Source: Candidatus Poribacteria bacterium (GTDB lineage: Bacteria > Poribacteria > WGA-4E > WGA-3G). From it: DNA of 64,000 bases. Positions within the stretch are counted from its first letter, which is position 1, and each line of letters starts with the position of its first letter. The notes below the pieces were generated by a model. That model was not told where the DNA came from and did not search any database. It saw only the letters and a program-made list of their open reading frames with translations. Shown here piece after piece: positions 1 through 10,396 of the stretch. A program made the translations under genes and the position numbers. The stretch is from the NCBI GenBank assembly GCA_963663765.2, contig CAXXUA010000002.1:128001-192000 (forward strand). Reading direction: 5' to 3'.

Positions 1-198
1 ATTCATTCACCGTTTCGTTACGAAAATCCTACAACAATCAAACAACTACATGGCAAGATGAAAGGGTTTTATCGGTATCGACTGGGGAATCTCCGTTTCA
101 TCTATCAAGTCAATATAGATGAACGAAGCATTAGAATTCTACAAATTGACAATAGGGTGATATTTATTAACTTAATTGCTGTAATATTTTTGCGATAA
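1..198 (+). CDS. RelE/StbE-family toxin, 3' part (5' end outside window), possible frameshift at C-terminus
   Basis: Frame 1 reads IKQLHGKMKGFYRYRLGNLRFIYQVNIDERSIRILQIDNR, typical of RelE. The usual RGDIY* ending lies one base out of frame at 151-170. Not in the ORF track. Confidence 0.7.
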   Translation: MHSPFRYENPTTIKQLHGKMKGFYRYRLGNLRFIYQVNIDERSIRILQIDNRVIFINLIAVIFLR

Positions 199-206
199 AA
201 TATACT

Positions 207-1601
207 ATGTCCACCACATTTCTCAGACAACTTTTTCAACCAAAAAATATCCCGAAGGTATCAATATGGACGGTGTCAATCCTACTGCTATTCTTTGGGT
301 TTTATGCAAACACGTGGGATGTTGCTGATCAACAATGGTTTGATAGCCATCAACGAGGCACAGAGAGTTTAATAATGGGGAGGATTGTACAATCGCGCCA
401 ACATGGAATCTTATCTGCTGGAGGTCTAAATGGGTATGGAACTTTGCAGAAAGTAGAGCAGCAATGGATTACATCGTCACAAGCAGAAAATCAATATGCA
501 GCATTTTTAAACGGTCTGACCTTTGATGAATATAAGACATACAAATCACAACCTGGTGGACAAGGCATTATATTCAGTCTACTTGATAAACTCCTTCCGT
601 TGTCACCTACCGTCAAGTTAAAATTCTTCTATTTTTTAACTGCTTTTCTATCTGCAATCGCACTGACCGCAATCATTGCTTGGTTTTACGAAGAATTCGA
701 TTGGATAGTTGTGTTATTCGTATTAGTATCAGCTGTGATGTCTCAATGGTTGACAGTGTTTGGTAAAAACCTTTGGTGGAGTCTATGGGCTTTCTATCTA
801 CCTATGATCGTTGTCTTGTATTACCTTAAACATAACAGAGAAACAGAAAACAGACTACCCATCAAATTTGGACTTCTTATTCTCATCTCCGTTTTCATAA
901 AGTGTTTGATCAATGGGTTTGAATACATAACAACCACTTTGGTTATGATGATGGTACCATTAGTCTACTATGCTATCTTAGACAAGTGGAATAGAAAGCA
1001 ATGTCTCAAATTTGCTTTTATAGCAGGAATTGGTTCAAGTGTCGCAATATTCTTGGGACTTACCTTGCTATGCATTCAGATTGGTGCTGTTAAAGGTAGT
1101 TTCTCGGATGGAATTGAACATGTGGTATATTCATTTGGAAAGCGTACACACGGACAAGCTGAAGGATTTCCTGAAATCTATGCACCAAGTCTTAAAGCAA
1201 GTACAATAGACGTGCTCAAATCTTATGTAATTGGCAATGCAAAAGGCGTTTTCTTTGATTTCAACAATTATTTGAAGACTTCAAACTCCTTCATTGCTAA
1301 ACATTTATTCAAACTACGCTATTATTACCTGTTAATACTATTCTTGATAATGTCTGTTTCACTTCATTTTCGGAGTAGAGGTGAAATAGAACAGAATCGA
1401 CAACAAAACATTGCATTAATCTGGACAACTTGGTTTGCTGTATTAGCGCCATTATCGTGGTATGTGATTTTCAAAGCACATTCACAAATACATCTGCACA
1501 TGAGTTTTCTGTTATGGCAGATGCCTTTTACGCTCTTTGGTTTCGCTCTTGTTGGTGCATTACTGAGTAGAATAGTGCAAAGAGATTACCAAGTTGCATG
1601 A
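207..1601 (+). CDS. Polytopic membrane protein, possibly GT-C-fold glycosyltransferase-like
   Basis: 464 aa with many hydrophobic segments and a large loop after TM1; no diagnostic motif recognised. Confidence 0.5.
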   Translation: MSTTFLRQLFQPKNIPKVSIWTVSILLLFFGFYANTWDVADQQWFDSHQRGTESLIMGRIVQSRQHGILSAGGLNGYGTLQKVEQQWITSSQAENQYAAFLNGLTFDEYKTYKSQPGGQGIIFSLLDKLLPLSPTVKLKFFYFLTAFLSAIALTAIIAWFYEEFDWIVVLFVLVSAVMSQWLTVFGKNLWWSLWAFYLPMIVVLYYLKHNRETENRLPIKFGLLILISVFIKCLINGFEYITTTLVMMMVPLVYYAILDKWNRKQCLKFAFIAGIGSSVAIFLGLTLLCIQIGAVKGSFSDGIEHVVYSFGKRTHGQAEGFPEIYAPSLKASTIDVLKSYVIGNAKGVFFDFNNYLKTSNSFIAKHLFKLRYYYLLILFLIMSVSLHFRSRGEIEQNRQQNIALIWTTWFAVLAPLSWYVIFKAHSQIHLHMSFLLWQMPFTLFGFALVGALLSRIVQRDYQVA

Positions 1602-2857
1602 ACAGGTTTTTCAAGTGCTTTTTCATATAGGTTTTCCCACTCTTTTGTTCCATCATCAAGAGTTAACTCAAGACGTGCACCTTCCACATAAGCATCACCA
1701 TTGCCAGCGTTAAAATAACTCAATCCATCTCCTGCCATGTGAATACAACTTCCATCTGGGTAGACAGCAGTTTTTATTATTCGTGGGTGCGGATGAATGG
1801 TATATCCATCAGCATCCAATTTTTCTTTGGGAACACGGAAACGTTTGATAGCTTCTTCATCTACCTCAACACCTAAACCAGGGGCATCAGGGACTGCATG
1901 GCATCCATCTACAACTGTAATCGGTTCTGTAAGAAGATGTTCGCTGTAAAGATTGATGCATGTAATAGCTGGCCAAGTCGCATGTGTTAACACACTCCCA
2001 AGATGTGCTGCCCATGTTGTTGTCAAACCGTTTCCTACGATTTGCAGCCAAAACGGCATATCGGCAGCAGCACTGAGGTAACCCTCGCGCATTACTTGAG
2101 ATTTTCCACCACCGATCACAAAACCGTTGCAGACATCCTCCTGAATGCATGTGGTATAGGGTGGTGAACCGAAATGCATCGCAATTGGACACTCAGTGTT
2201 TTCAACTATCCTTTTATTACCTTCAACATCTCCTTGAGGTATTGGGGATTCAAATATAGCAACATTCGGGTGTACAGCAAGTTTTTTCAGTATGGGTATA
2301 GCAGTATCAGCATCACGTAGAGAACTGTTGGGGTCTAAGTCCAGTTTGAAGTCTTCAGGAACGACTTCTGCGACTGCCTCGACTTGCTCAAAAATATCCC
2401 ACCATGGGCGCGGTTTGTTTTTAAAACTTGTATATCCACTTTTGACTGCATCTGATGCTTCGGCTGCCCAATTCTCAGGTGAGGAGTCAATACACCACCA
2501 TGAAATTGGTACTGTCTCACGACATTTCGTGTCAAGCAACCTAAATACTGGTACTTCCAATATTTTACCTACAACATCAAAAAGAGCCATCTGTAAGCCG
2601 GCGCCGAGTGAGTCATCATGTATGAGTTCAGCTGGGTTGTTTCCAAGAACACGTTCAACGCTGTGGTCACTCACACGACAGTATGTGTAATGGATAACGG
2701 TCTCTCCCCAACCAATATGACCGGTATCTGTTGTTACCTTACACAGTTCAAGCAGTGACCAGTTGTAAACTGTGGAAACGCTCTGTCGTGTTATTTCTTG
2801 TTGTCGTGACGTAAATGGAACATCAACGTGGATACGTTCTATGTTAGTAACTTTCAT
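1586..2857 (-). CDS. Mandelate racemase/muconate lactonizing enzyme family (enolase superfamily)
   Basis: GWGE N-domain motif, KNK (KxK), LDPN, FESP, PDAPGLGVEVDE. Confidence 0.85.
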   Translation of the reverse strand: MKVTNIERIHVDVPFTSRQQEITRQSVSTVYNWSLLELCKVTTDTGHIGWGETVIHYTYCRVSDHSVERVLGNNPAELIHDDSLGAGLQMALFDVVGKILEVPVFRLLDTKCRETVPISWWCIDSSPENWAAEASDAVKSGYTSFKNKPRPWWDIFEQVEAVAEVVPEDFKLDLDPNSSLRDADTAIPILKKLAVHPNVAIFESPIPQGDVEGNKRIVENTECPIAMHFGSPPYTTCIQEDVCNGFVIGGGKSQVMREGYLSAAADMPFWLQIVGNGLTTTWAAHLGSVLTHATWPAITCINLYSEHLLTEPITVVDGCHAVPDAPGLGVEVDEEAIKRFRVPKEKLDADGYTIHPHPRIIKTAVYPDGSCIHMAGDGLSYFNAGNGDAYVEGARLELTLDDGTKEWENLYEKALEKPVHATW

Positions 2858-3082
2858 ATTTCATGTATTCCTTTAGGGTGCAATTTACAAATAGAATACC
2901 AGATACACTAAAAATGTAAAAGAAATTAATAACGTTCAATTTCATGTATTTTTGCTGATTGGTTTGTCATAATTTCAACTTGACTCTATCAATAAACAAT
3001 GTTATTCTTATCACATAAAAAGCATAAACTGTTCATGCTAAGAAAATCAACAAACTTATGTTATACCATTTTCATGTGATAA

Positions 3083-3184
3083 TGTCTCATTAGCAGCGGA
3101 AATCTGGTAGGAGCGACCTCCCGGTCGCTCCTACCGAAGAGAGTAACCCCCTGCCAGTAAACATTAGAATTCCTTAATGAGACA
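3083..3184. repeat. Small MITE-like element with 10-bp TIR and internal REP-like palindrome
   Basis: TGTCTCATTA (3083-3092) and TAATGAGACA (3175-3184) enclose GGTAGGAGCGACC..GGTCGCTCCTACC. A related degenerate copy lies at about 40496-40597. Confidence 0.55.
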
Positions 3185-3230
3185 AGATTTATTTGAATTG
3201 GTATTAGTAGAAACAATGAATGGAGAATTT

Positions 3231-4289
3231 ATGGAACCAGTAAGAATAGGGGTTATAGGATGTGGCGTCATAGGAAGTAGACATCTTAGTATTGCAAAGG
3301 ATTCCGATCATATAGAATTGGTTGCAGCAGCAGATCTAATAGACTCAAATAGGGAACGTGCAGCAGAACGTTTCAATCTTTCGAATATATACGACAATGA
3401 TATTGATCTGCTTGATAATGATGAAATTGAGGCAGTTGTTCTTGCCTTTCCAACGCAATATCGGACAGAAGTTGCATTGCGCGCCTTTGCAAAAGGAAAA
3501 CATGTCCTGATTGAAAAACCGATTGCAATGAATGTTGACGAGGTGAATCAACTGATTGAAGCCAGAGGAGATTTGGTGTCTGCGTGTTGTTCATCACGGA
3601 ATCGCTTCAACAAAGCAGCAAGACTTGCTACGGAGCTTATTACAACCGGTGGTATCGGAGACTTACGCACAGTTCATTGCCGTGCGATAAGAGGGTGTGG
3701 CAAAGAACCTGGATCACCGAGACCCGCATGGCGGTTAAAAAAATCACTCAACGGCGGTGGAATCCTTGTCAATTGGGGATGTTATGACATTGATTTCTTA
3801 CTCGGTATCACTGGTTGGAAACTCAAACCACGAACCGTATTAGCACAAACGTGGACGGTACCACCGAAATTTGAATCGCACATTGCTCCCGGGTCTGACG
3901 CAGAGACTCACTATAATGCATTGGTTACGTGTGAAGATGGAACGGTGATTACGCTTGAACGTGGTGAATTTATGACTACGCATTCCCATTCAGATTGGGA
4001 AATCATCGGTTCCGATGGTTCTTTGAAAATGAATATGGGAGATGGAAACCCAAGCAAAATTACGCATAACCAAATTACGACTGCTGATGGTGTAATTTCT
4101 AACCCACTTGAAGATACCGGTGATACGGAAGGTCCCCATTATGGTGATCCAACAACAGATTTTGCAGCAGCTATCCGTCAAAATCGACAACCCTTAACCA
4201 GTTTGGAACGTGCTTTTGTCGTTCAGCAGATTACAGATGGTATCTACGCATCGGCTGAGTCTGGAACGGCGGTAGATATTTCAGATTAA
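3231..4289 (+). CDS. Gfo/Idh/MocA family oxidoreductase
   Basis: IGVIGCGVIG Rossmann motif, HVLIEKP, GGG. Start moved to ATG 3231 (GGAG upstream); the ORF-track start lies in a repeat. Confidence 0.88.
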   Translation: MEPVRIGVIGCGVIGSRHLSIAKDSDHIELVAAADLIDSNRERAAERFNLSNIYDNDIDLLDNDEIEAVVLAFPTQYRTEVALRAFAKGKHVLIEKPIAMNVDEVNQLIEARGDLVSACCSSRNRFNKAARLATELITTGGIGDLRTVHCRAIRGCGKEPGSPRPAWRLKKSLNGGGILVNWGCYDIDFLLGITGWKLKPRTVLAQTWTVPPKFESHIAPGSDAETHYNALVTCEDGTVITLERGEFMTTHSHSDWEIIGSDGSLKMNMGDGNPSKITHNQITTADGVISNPLEDTGDTEGPHYGDPTTDFAAAIRQNRQPLTSLERAFVVQQITDGIYASAESGTAVDISD

Positions 4290-4451
4290 ACTTGTAGGAA
4301 AGTACGCTGATCCATGACGAAACACAGTAATAGTCAGGATTTGGCGTTCTTTCCTACGTTTAGGTATTAAAACATTTACCATTTTTCTGCTAATTAGTTT
4401 TACCACCACAACACGATGGATGTGTAAAGCTATCAGCAAATGTTTGGGAAA

Positions 4452-4620
4452 GGTGTGTTGTCTGAGACATTTTCTTGTTTAAATCGCGGATTATGCGGAT
4501 AAGACCGCAGCCACTAATCGTCTTGCTTAGAAAAAACTTATCCTAATCAATAAATCCTATTGTAGAAGTCTTATCCGCGAAATCTGTGGAATCCGTGTAA
4601 TCTGCGATTCAGACAACACC
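4452..4620. repeat. Inverted-repeat-bounded intergenic repeat (GTGTTGTCTGA...TCAGACAACAC)
   Basis: Ends pair with each other; internal GCGGAT/ATCCGC repeats. The same end motif recurs at about 35814. Confidence 0.5.
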
Positions 4621-4657
4621 ATGCAATACTTTACACACCTCACAACACGTTTGTACA

Positions 4658-4687
4658 TTGACATTCATTTCTGAGAAATGTTATAAT
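4658..4687 (+). promoter_or_regulatory. Sigma70-type promoter with palindromic operator in the spacer
   Basis: TTGACA (4658-4663), 18 bp, TATAAT (4682-4687); CATTTC-TGA-GAAATG at 4666-4680. Confidence 0.6.
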
Positions 4688-4720
4688 TTTTTAGATTCCA
4701 CCTATCAATAAGGCTGCATC

Positions 4721-6742
4721 ATGACCAACCCTAAATTGTATATCAACAATTCTTGCATTCCCCAAATCCTATTCCTTCTATTGTTTTGTATTAGTATAAC
4801 TGTCGCTCAAGATTCTCCAACTCCGATAGAACTTGAAAAAATCGTAGTTACACCTGGACGTTATGCTATTTATGAAGAAACAACGCCACAAATATCACTA
4901 TCAAAGGAAGATATTGAAAGGTTTCCGTTAATTGACAATGACATCATGCGTTCAGGACATATTTTCCCTGGTGTCATTGCGAGTGACTTTAGCGCACGTT
5001 TCAGTGTCCGAGGCGGAGAAAAGGATGGTGTAACTGTTAGATTAGATGGAATGGAACTATACAATCCGTATCACCTACAGGATTTTGGCGGTGCAATTTC
5101 GTTGGTCGGACTTGATTTGATACAGCACGCTGACCTCCTGATGGGTGGATTCCCCGCAGAATACGGTCATAAAATGTCTGGTGTGTTTGATATGACGACA
5201 AAAAAACCAAACACAGAAAAAGTCAAAGCAAATTTTGGGATAGATCTGATTAACGCAACAGCATTGCTGGAGGGACCTCTTACTGAAAAAGGGGGTTGGA
5301 TGTTGTCAGCACGCAGAGGATATGTTGACCTAATACTCGCTCTCATAGATATTGATGATAAATATAAACCTCAATATGCTGATGTTTACGGTAAGTTGAT
5401 GTATCAATTGACCGACACAGATACACTAACAATTAATGCGCTATATGGATGGGACAAAAACCTTGTGAACGCAGATGATGTTGAAAACAACTTGAATTCA
5501 CGGTATGACAATACAACTGCTTGGTTGAAATGGAGACATACATTCAATGCGTCACACTGGACAGATGTGTATGTTTATGGTGGCACATCTTACCAAGACA
5601 GAACAACTGGAGATGCTGATTTTGACAATCGAAACTTTGATTACTTGGGAACAAAAGGTGAATACACAGCAAACTTTTTACAGAAACATACGTTACGTAC
5701 TGGTATAGAGTGGCGCTGGTCTGCTGCGCATTACGATTACAAAGTAAGAGATAGATTAGCAGGAATAAATAACTATGATTTGGTGCAAGCAAATATTAAC
5801 AAGAGTGGAAATGACTTAAAAATGTTTATCCAAGATGAATGGCAGATACATCCCAAACTTGCACTCAACATAGGTGGACGTCTTGTTCTTCAAACCTACC
5901 GTGAATCTGATGAACCCAACTATGAAATTGGTCCACGTGTGGCACTTGCAATACAACCCATACAGAACTTAATCCTTCGCTGTGCATGGGGAATATACCA
6001 TCAACCAATTGACCTATTGACCATCCCTATTGAAGACAACATACAACATGTAGGTGTAGCAGAACAAAGTACGCACTATATCATTGGTGGTGAATATAGT
6101 AGAAATGCTAATTTCCTGTTTCGCATTGAAGGATACTATAAAAAATATGATAATTTAGTGGGACGCCATAGGGAATTTGATCGAATCACACAAATTTTCT
6201 TTCCGCCTGAATCTGCTGATGCGATAGGGTTTGATATATTCGCAACAAAAGCGTTTTCAGCTCGTCTGACAACTTCAATCGGCTATGCTTTTGGCATTGC
6301 AGAAGAAACATCAGGAGATATGACAATATATAGAGAGAATGACAGACGACATTCTATTTTTCTCAGTAGTAGTCATCAGATCGCAACAACTTGGCATTTA
6401 TATCTCAGTTGGCGTTTTCACACAGGGGACCCCAGAACACCATTGATTCATGAGCTTAACGATGAAAAAACTACATGTAACCGAATATTCGGTGAAACGA
6501 ATTCAGAACGTCTGCCTGCCTATCACAGCCTTGATTTTAGGATTACCAAACGCAGCCCGTATAGACGATGGTCACTTACATGGTATTTCCAAGTTTTAAA
6601 TCTGTATAATCATACAAATGTTGATCAGTACTCATTCAGTGAAGTCCGTGATGAAGAAACGGATGAACTTATAGATTGCACTATTGCTGAAGAACCTTTA
6701 TTGCCAATCGTACCGACATTGGGCATGACAATTACCTTTTAA
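4721..6742 (+). CDS. TonB-dependent receptor
   Basis: Signal peptide, TonB-box-like EKIVVT, plug motifs FSVRGG and GGFPAEYG, LNLYN, C-terminal Phe. Confidence 0.9.
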   Translation: MTNPKLYINNSCIPQILFLLLFCISITVAQDSPTPIELEKIVVTPGRYAIYEETTPQISLSKEDIERFPLIDNDIMRSGHIFPGVIASDFSARFSVRGGEKDGVTVRLDGMELYNPYHLQDFGGAISLVGLDLIQHADLLMGGFPAEYGHKMSGVFDMTTKKPNTEKVKANFGIDLINATALLEGPLTEKGGWMLSARRGYVDLILALIDIDDKYKPQYADVYGKLMYQLTDTDTLTINALYGWDKNLVNADDVENNLNSRYDNTTAWLKWRHTFNASHWTDVYVYGGTSYQDRTTGDADFDNRNFDYLGTKGEYTANFLQKHTLRTGIEWRWSAAHYDYKVRDRLAGINNYDLVQANINKSGNDLKMFIQDEWQIHPKLALNIGGRLVLQTYRESDEPNYEIGPRVALAIQPIQNLILRCAWGIYHQPIDLLTIPIEDNIQHVGVAEQSTHYIIGGEYSRNANFLFRIEGYYKKYDNLVGRHREFDRITQIFFPPESADAIGFDIFATKAFSARLTTSIGYAFGIAEETSGDMTIYRENDRRHSIFLSSSHQIATTWHLYLSWRFHTGDPRTPLIHELNDEKTTCNRIFGETNSERLPAYHSLDFRITKRSPYRRWSLTWYFQVLNLYNHTNVDQYSFSEVRDEETDELIDCTIAEEPLLPIVPTLGMTITF

Positions 6743-6769
6743 TTCCATTCCATTTATGGATCAGAAAAA

Positions 6770-7213
6770 ATGTTTAAACGCATCACAGAATTACTACGCA
6801 AAATCTGGCATTCAGTCAATATTGCCTCCAAAGAGAATACTATACCTAAAGCAGCTCCCAGTGTAGAAGAAGCCATTATTCCATTTGACCCTGAAGAATT
6901 CACCATTCAACCAAATGAACTAAAAACTATGATTGATTCTGGTAGAAAAATCGTTCTGCTTGATGTTCGAGAAGAATGGGAGTATCAACAGGTTCATATT
7001 GAAAGTGCTATATCCATTCCACTTGGGCAGCTACCAAAAAGAATTGGTGAGCTCTCACCCGTGGATGAAATCGTTGTCTATTGTCATCGTGGAATGCGAA
7101 GCATTGATGCAGCATATCTTCTACAACAAATTGGTTTCAAATCTGTGTTAAGCATTGTTGGGGGTATTGACAAGTGGGCAAGTGAAGTTGAACCAGATAT
7201 GCAACGATACTAA
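6770..7213 (+). CDS. Rhodanese-domain protein
   Basis: LLDVREEWE, active-site YCHRGMRS, GGIDKW. Confidence 0.88.
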   Translation: MFKRITELLRKIWHSVNIASKENTIPKAAPSVEEAIIPFDPEEFTIQPNELKTMIDSGRKIVLLDVREEWEYQQVHIESAISIPLGQLPKRIGELSPVDEIVVYCHRGMRSIDAAYLLQQIGFKSVLSIVGGIDKWASEVEPDMQRY

Positions 7214-7247
7214 ATATACCCATCATCATTTACGTATATATATGTCT

Positions 7248-7464
7248 CAGGACTTACGCAAAAACGGTAGGCGGGGAATGCCTAAAGAAGCATGCGCGTA
7301 TGGCATGCTCCATGATTCATACCCGGGGAATGCTTTATAGCATTCATACCGTTGATTTCTTGATTTGGTGCTTTGTAAGCGCGCCGGAAATCTAAAAAAA
7401 AGCTGATAATTACATCATTTTCATCATAATTCTTGATTAAAACAAGAAAACTGCGTAAGTCCTG
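7248..7464 (+). mobile_element. MITE family A copy; hairpin modules at site 1
   Basis: TIR CAGGACTTACGCA...TGCGTAAGTCCTG; 5-bp TSD TGTCT at 7243-7247 and 7465-7469. Confidence 0.9.
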
Positions 7465-7476
7465 TGTCTTATAGGA

Positions 7477-7785
7477 TAGGACTTACGCACCCAACGGTAG
7501 GCGGGGAATGCCTAAATGGTTCTTTCGGCAATTAATATTAGCATAAAATAATATTCCAATGCTGAAGAACCCAGTAGTCATCTGTTTAAGTTGAAGATCG
7601 TCAATGGAAACATATCATAAATACTTAGCAAGAAAACCACTAAAGAAGCATGCGCGTATGGCATGCTCCATGATTCATACCGTTGATTTGGTGCTGTGTA
7701 AGCGCGCCGGAAACCTAAAAAATGCTGAAAATTACATCGTTTTCGTCTTAATTCTTGATTGATCATGAAAACTGCGAAAGTCCTG
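7477..7785 (+). mobile_element. MITE family A copy carrying a nested 123-bp element
   Basis: TAGGACTTACGCA...TGCGAAAGTCCTG; flanks ATAGGA/TTAGGA. Confidence 0.8.
7517..7639. mobile_element. Nested MITE (TGGTT...AACCA ends)
   Basis: Absent from the otherwise matching copies at 7248 and 9765; flanked by CTAAA at 7512-7516 and 7640-7644. Confidence 0.75.
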
Positions 7786-7799
7786 TTAGGAGAAGATAT

Positions 7800-8672
7800 A
7801 TGGAAAAAAGTTTAATACATGAGGGTATTCCATTTAGTGAAGAAAAAACTGCACAGATTGCTCAACAGTTTTTTGACGATGGATTTGTATATATTCCTAA
7901 AGTACTAAGCGAAGACGAGGTTACTGCTCTCAGGGACAAGACAGATGCGTTTTTTGACGATCCTGAACTTGCAGAAAAAAGCAATCCTAACCTTGCTGAT
8001 GTACGATATATTCAGATGGGTACACACGCAGAAACAGGTGAAAAATTACCATTTATCTTACGGAATACGATTGAGCTTGATCCAATATTTAGAGATATGC
8101 TGCTTCGCGAACCGATTTTGAGTTTGGCAGAAGCGATTGTAGGACATAATTGCAAGTTTTGTGGGCAAAATGTACTACGGAATTTACCAGGTCTTTCAAT
8201 AAGCAAGTGGCACGTTGACGGTTCAGTACATTTTCCTGTTTCTGATGAGATGCCACGTCATGACCAACGTTTACGCATGCCAGTGATGTGGTTCACCGTT
8301 CAGATCGCTTTGAGTGATATTGATTCTATAGAGGAAGGACCAACGCAATATGTCAAAGGTAGTCATTACTCTGGTAGGCATCCTAATGATCAAGAAAACC
8401 CTGAATTTATTGGGAATAAACCTGTTTCTATCTATTGTAAAGCGGGTGACATTTATCTACAAGACCCACAATGTTGGCATCGCGGCGCACCAAACCTGTC
8501 CGACAAGACACGTTATATCTTACAATCTCAATATGCAGCACATTGGGCTTACTGGCGATTTAGTCTATGTAATGATGTCCCTGTTCCAAAAGAGGCACTT
8601 CAAGGAGCAAGTGATCGACTGATCAATCTTTTAGGACGTAGTCGACCGAATAGTAACGATATTCAAATTTGA
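7800..8672 (+). CDS. Phytanoyl-CoA dioxygenase (PhyH) family protein
   Basis: DGFVYI, WHVD (HxD), GSHY, KAGD, WHRG; start ATG 7800 after AGGAG. Confidence 0.88.
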   Translation: MEKSLIHEGIPFSEEKTAQIAQQFFDDGFVYIPKVLSEDEVTALRDKTDAFFDDPELAEKSNPNLADVRYIQMGTHAETGEKLPFILRNTIELDPIFRDMLLREPILSLAEAIVGHNCKFCGQNVLRNLPGLSISKWHVDGSVHFPVSDEMPRHDQRLRMPVMWFTVQIALSDIDSIEEGPTQYVKGSHYSGRHPNDQENPEFIGNKPVSIYCKAGDIYLQDPQCWHRGAPNLSDKTRYILQSQYAAHWAYWRFSLCNDVPVPKEALQGASDRLINLLGRSRPNSNDIQI

Positions 8673-8684
8673 AGGAGAACATCA

Positions 8685-9761
8685 ATGGAAAAACTAAAGA
8701 TTGCGCATATCGGTACGGGTAATCGTGGTACCAATACATATCTTCCACTGATTGCAAAATTGAAACAGGACTTGGAACTCGTAGCAGTATGTGATCTAAA
8801 TGAAAAAAGGGTGACTGAACAGGGAGAAAAGTATCAAGTACCCGCATATACAGACACAGAGCAGATGTTGGAAAATACAAAACCCGATATCTGCTCTATT
8901 GTTATCACACCCAGTAAAAACCATCTTCCTGGACTACTCTGCTCACAACACGGAGTAAGTTATTGTACTGAAACACCGATTAACACGGATCTGAAACGGG
9001 CAGATATGATGATAGAATCCGCCAAAGAACACGGTACGAAGTTGGAAGTAAATGAGAACTATTACCGACGACCATCCGAACGTATCAAACGGGAAATGAT
9101 TCTTGCAGGCATTTTCGGTACTGTAAATCTCGCATACAACGATTTTCGTGGACACGGTTATCACGGAATCGGTCTTATTCGAAGTTATGTAGGTTTTGAT
9201 AATGAACCCGTGCAAGTATATGCGTTTAATAAGAAGTTCAGTGTTCAGGAACACGAGTGGCGTAAAGGACAACCCAGAAAAAAGAACGAGGATTGGCAAC
9301 ATGCAGTGATAGAATTTGCCAATGGTGCTGTTGGAATATTCAACTTCAGCAGTCTATCCTATGGTTCACCTTTGCGCGGATTTAATGGCACAAAATTCTA
9401 TGCAGAACGCGGGATGTGTTTCCGTGAGGATGCCGTCATTCTAAATGACAACGCAGACACACAGCACCCCATATCCATTACAAGGAAAACAAACAACGTT
9501 GATGGCTATGACACTCTTGCTGCCCTCGTTGCAGACACTACCCCTGAAGTCGTATGGGAAAATCCATTACACTATTATCCGCTCAGTGATGGTGAAATCA
9601 CAGTCGCATCCGAAATAATGAGTATTGCAAATGCTGTACGCAATGATACCGAACCTGAATATGGTGCTTACAACGGACGAAAAGATAGAGAAATTGATGT
9701 TGCCATGGGACGTTCCATTGCAAAGAACGGTGCACCTGTAACTTTCCCATTTGAGTACTAA
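8685..9761 (+). CDS. Gfo/Idh/MocA family oxidoreductase
   Basis: IGTGNRG, VAVCD, ETP variant of EKP. Confidence 0.8.
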   Translation: MEKLKIAHIGTGNRGTNTYLPLIAKLKQDLELVAVCDLNEKRVTEQGEKYQVPAYTDTEQMLENTKPDICSIVITPSKNHLPGLLCSQHGVSYCTETPINTDLKRADMMIESAKEHGTKLEVNENYYRRPSERIKREMILAGIFGTVNLAYNDFRGHGYHGIGLIRSYVGFDNEPVQVYAFNKKFSVQEHEWRKGQPRKKNEDWQHAVIEFANGAVGIFNFSSLSYGSPLRGFNGTKFYAERGMCFREDAVILNDNADTQHPISITRKTNNVDGYDTLAALVADTTPEVVWENPLHYYPLSDGEITVASEIMSIANAVRNDTEPEYGAYNGRKDREIDVAMGRSIAKNGAPVTFPFEY

Positions 9762-9764
9762 CAA

Positions 9765-10006
9765 CAGGACTTATGCACCCAACGGTAGGCGGGGAATGCC
9801 TAAAGAAGCATGCGCGTATGGCATGCTCCATGATTCATACCCGGGGAATGCCAAATGGTATTCATACCCGGGGAATGCCAAAAGGCATTCATACCGTTGA
9901 TTTCTTGATTTGGTGCTTTGTAAGCGCGCTGGGAACTTAATAAATACTGAAAATTACATTATTTTCAGTATTTATTAATTGAATCATGTAAAATGCGTAA
10001 ATCCTG
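9765..10006 (+). mobile_element. MITE family A copy with three tandem hairpin units
   Basis: CAGGACTTATGCA...TGCGTAAATCCTG; three GGGAATGC units in 9792-9913. Confidence 0.82.
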
Positions 10007-10182
10007 TAATAAAACTGATCTTTCTTTTTCATAACATTGGTTGATGGATTTTACTTGTCATTCTTACCTGATTCGGTTATACTTAAGCGGCAATCATCAT
10101 ATATACCCTATTTGGATTATATGATAATTTCACTATGACTAAGACACTCAGAGAACTTGTATTACCAAAAGGGTTAATTTAG

Positions 10183-10304
10183 CAGGACTTACGCACCCAA
10201 CGGTAGGCGTGCTTTGTAAGCGCGCTGGAAACCGAAAATATGCTGAAAATTACACCATTTTCGTCATTATTCTTCATCAAACCATGAAAACTGCGTAAGT
10301 CCTG
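10183..10304 (+). mobile_element. MITE family A copy, empty allele
   Basis: Perfect TIRs; TSD TTTAG at 10178-10182 and 10305-10309. Confidence 0.9.
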
Positions 10305-10396
10305 TTTAGAAGAAGTAGAGAATAGAGGTAGAGTGACAGTATCTAAATATCTACATATTACTAGACATTCCTTGATATTTATGTGATACTATATAC

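Noticed and set aside
7155-7766. Short ORFs across MITEs (also 22074-22358, 40474-40695, 45667-45885, 51694-51897, 52281-52484)
   Set aside because: They are translations of repeat DNA, similar only because the repeats are.
9792-9913. Tandem palindromic GGGAATGCC units as a CRISPR array
   Set aside because: No unique spacers, at most three units, no cas genes, and they lie inside MITEs.
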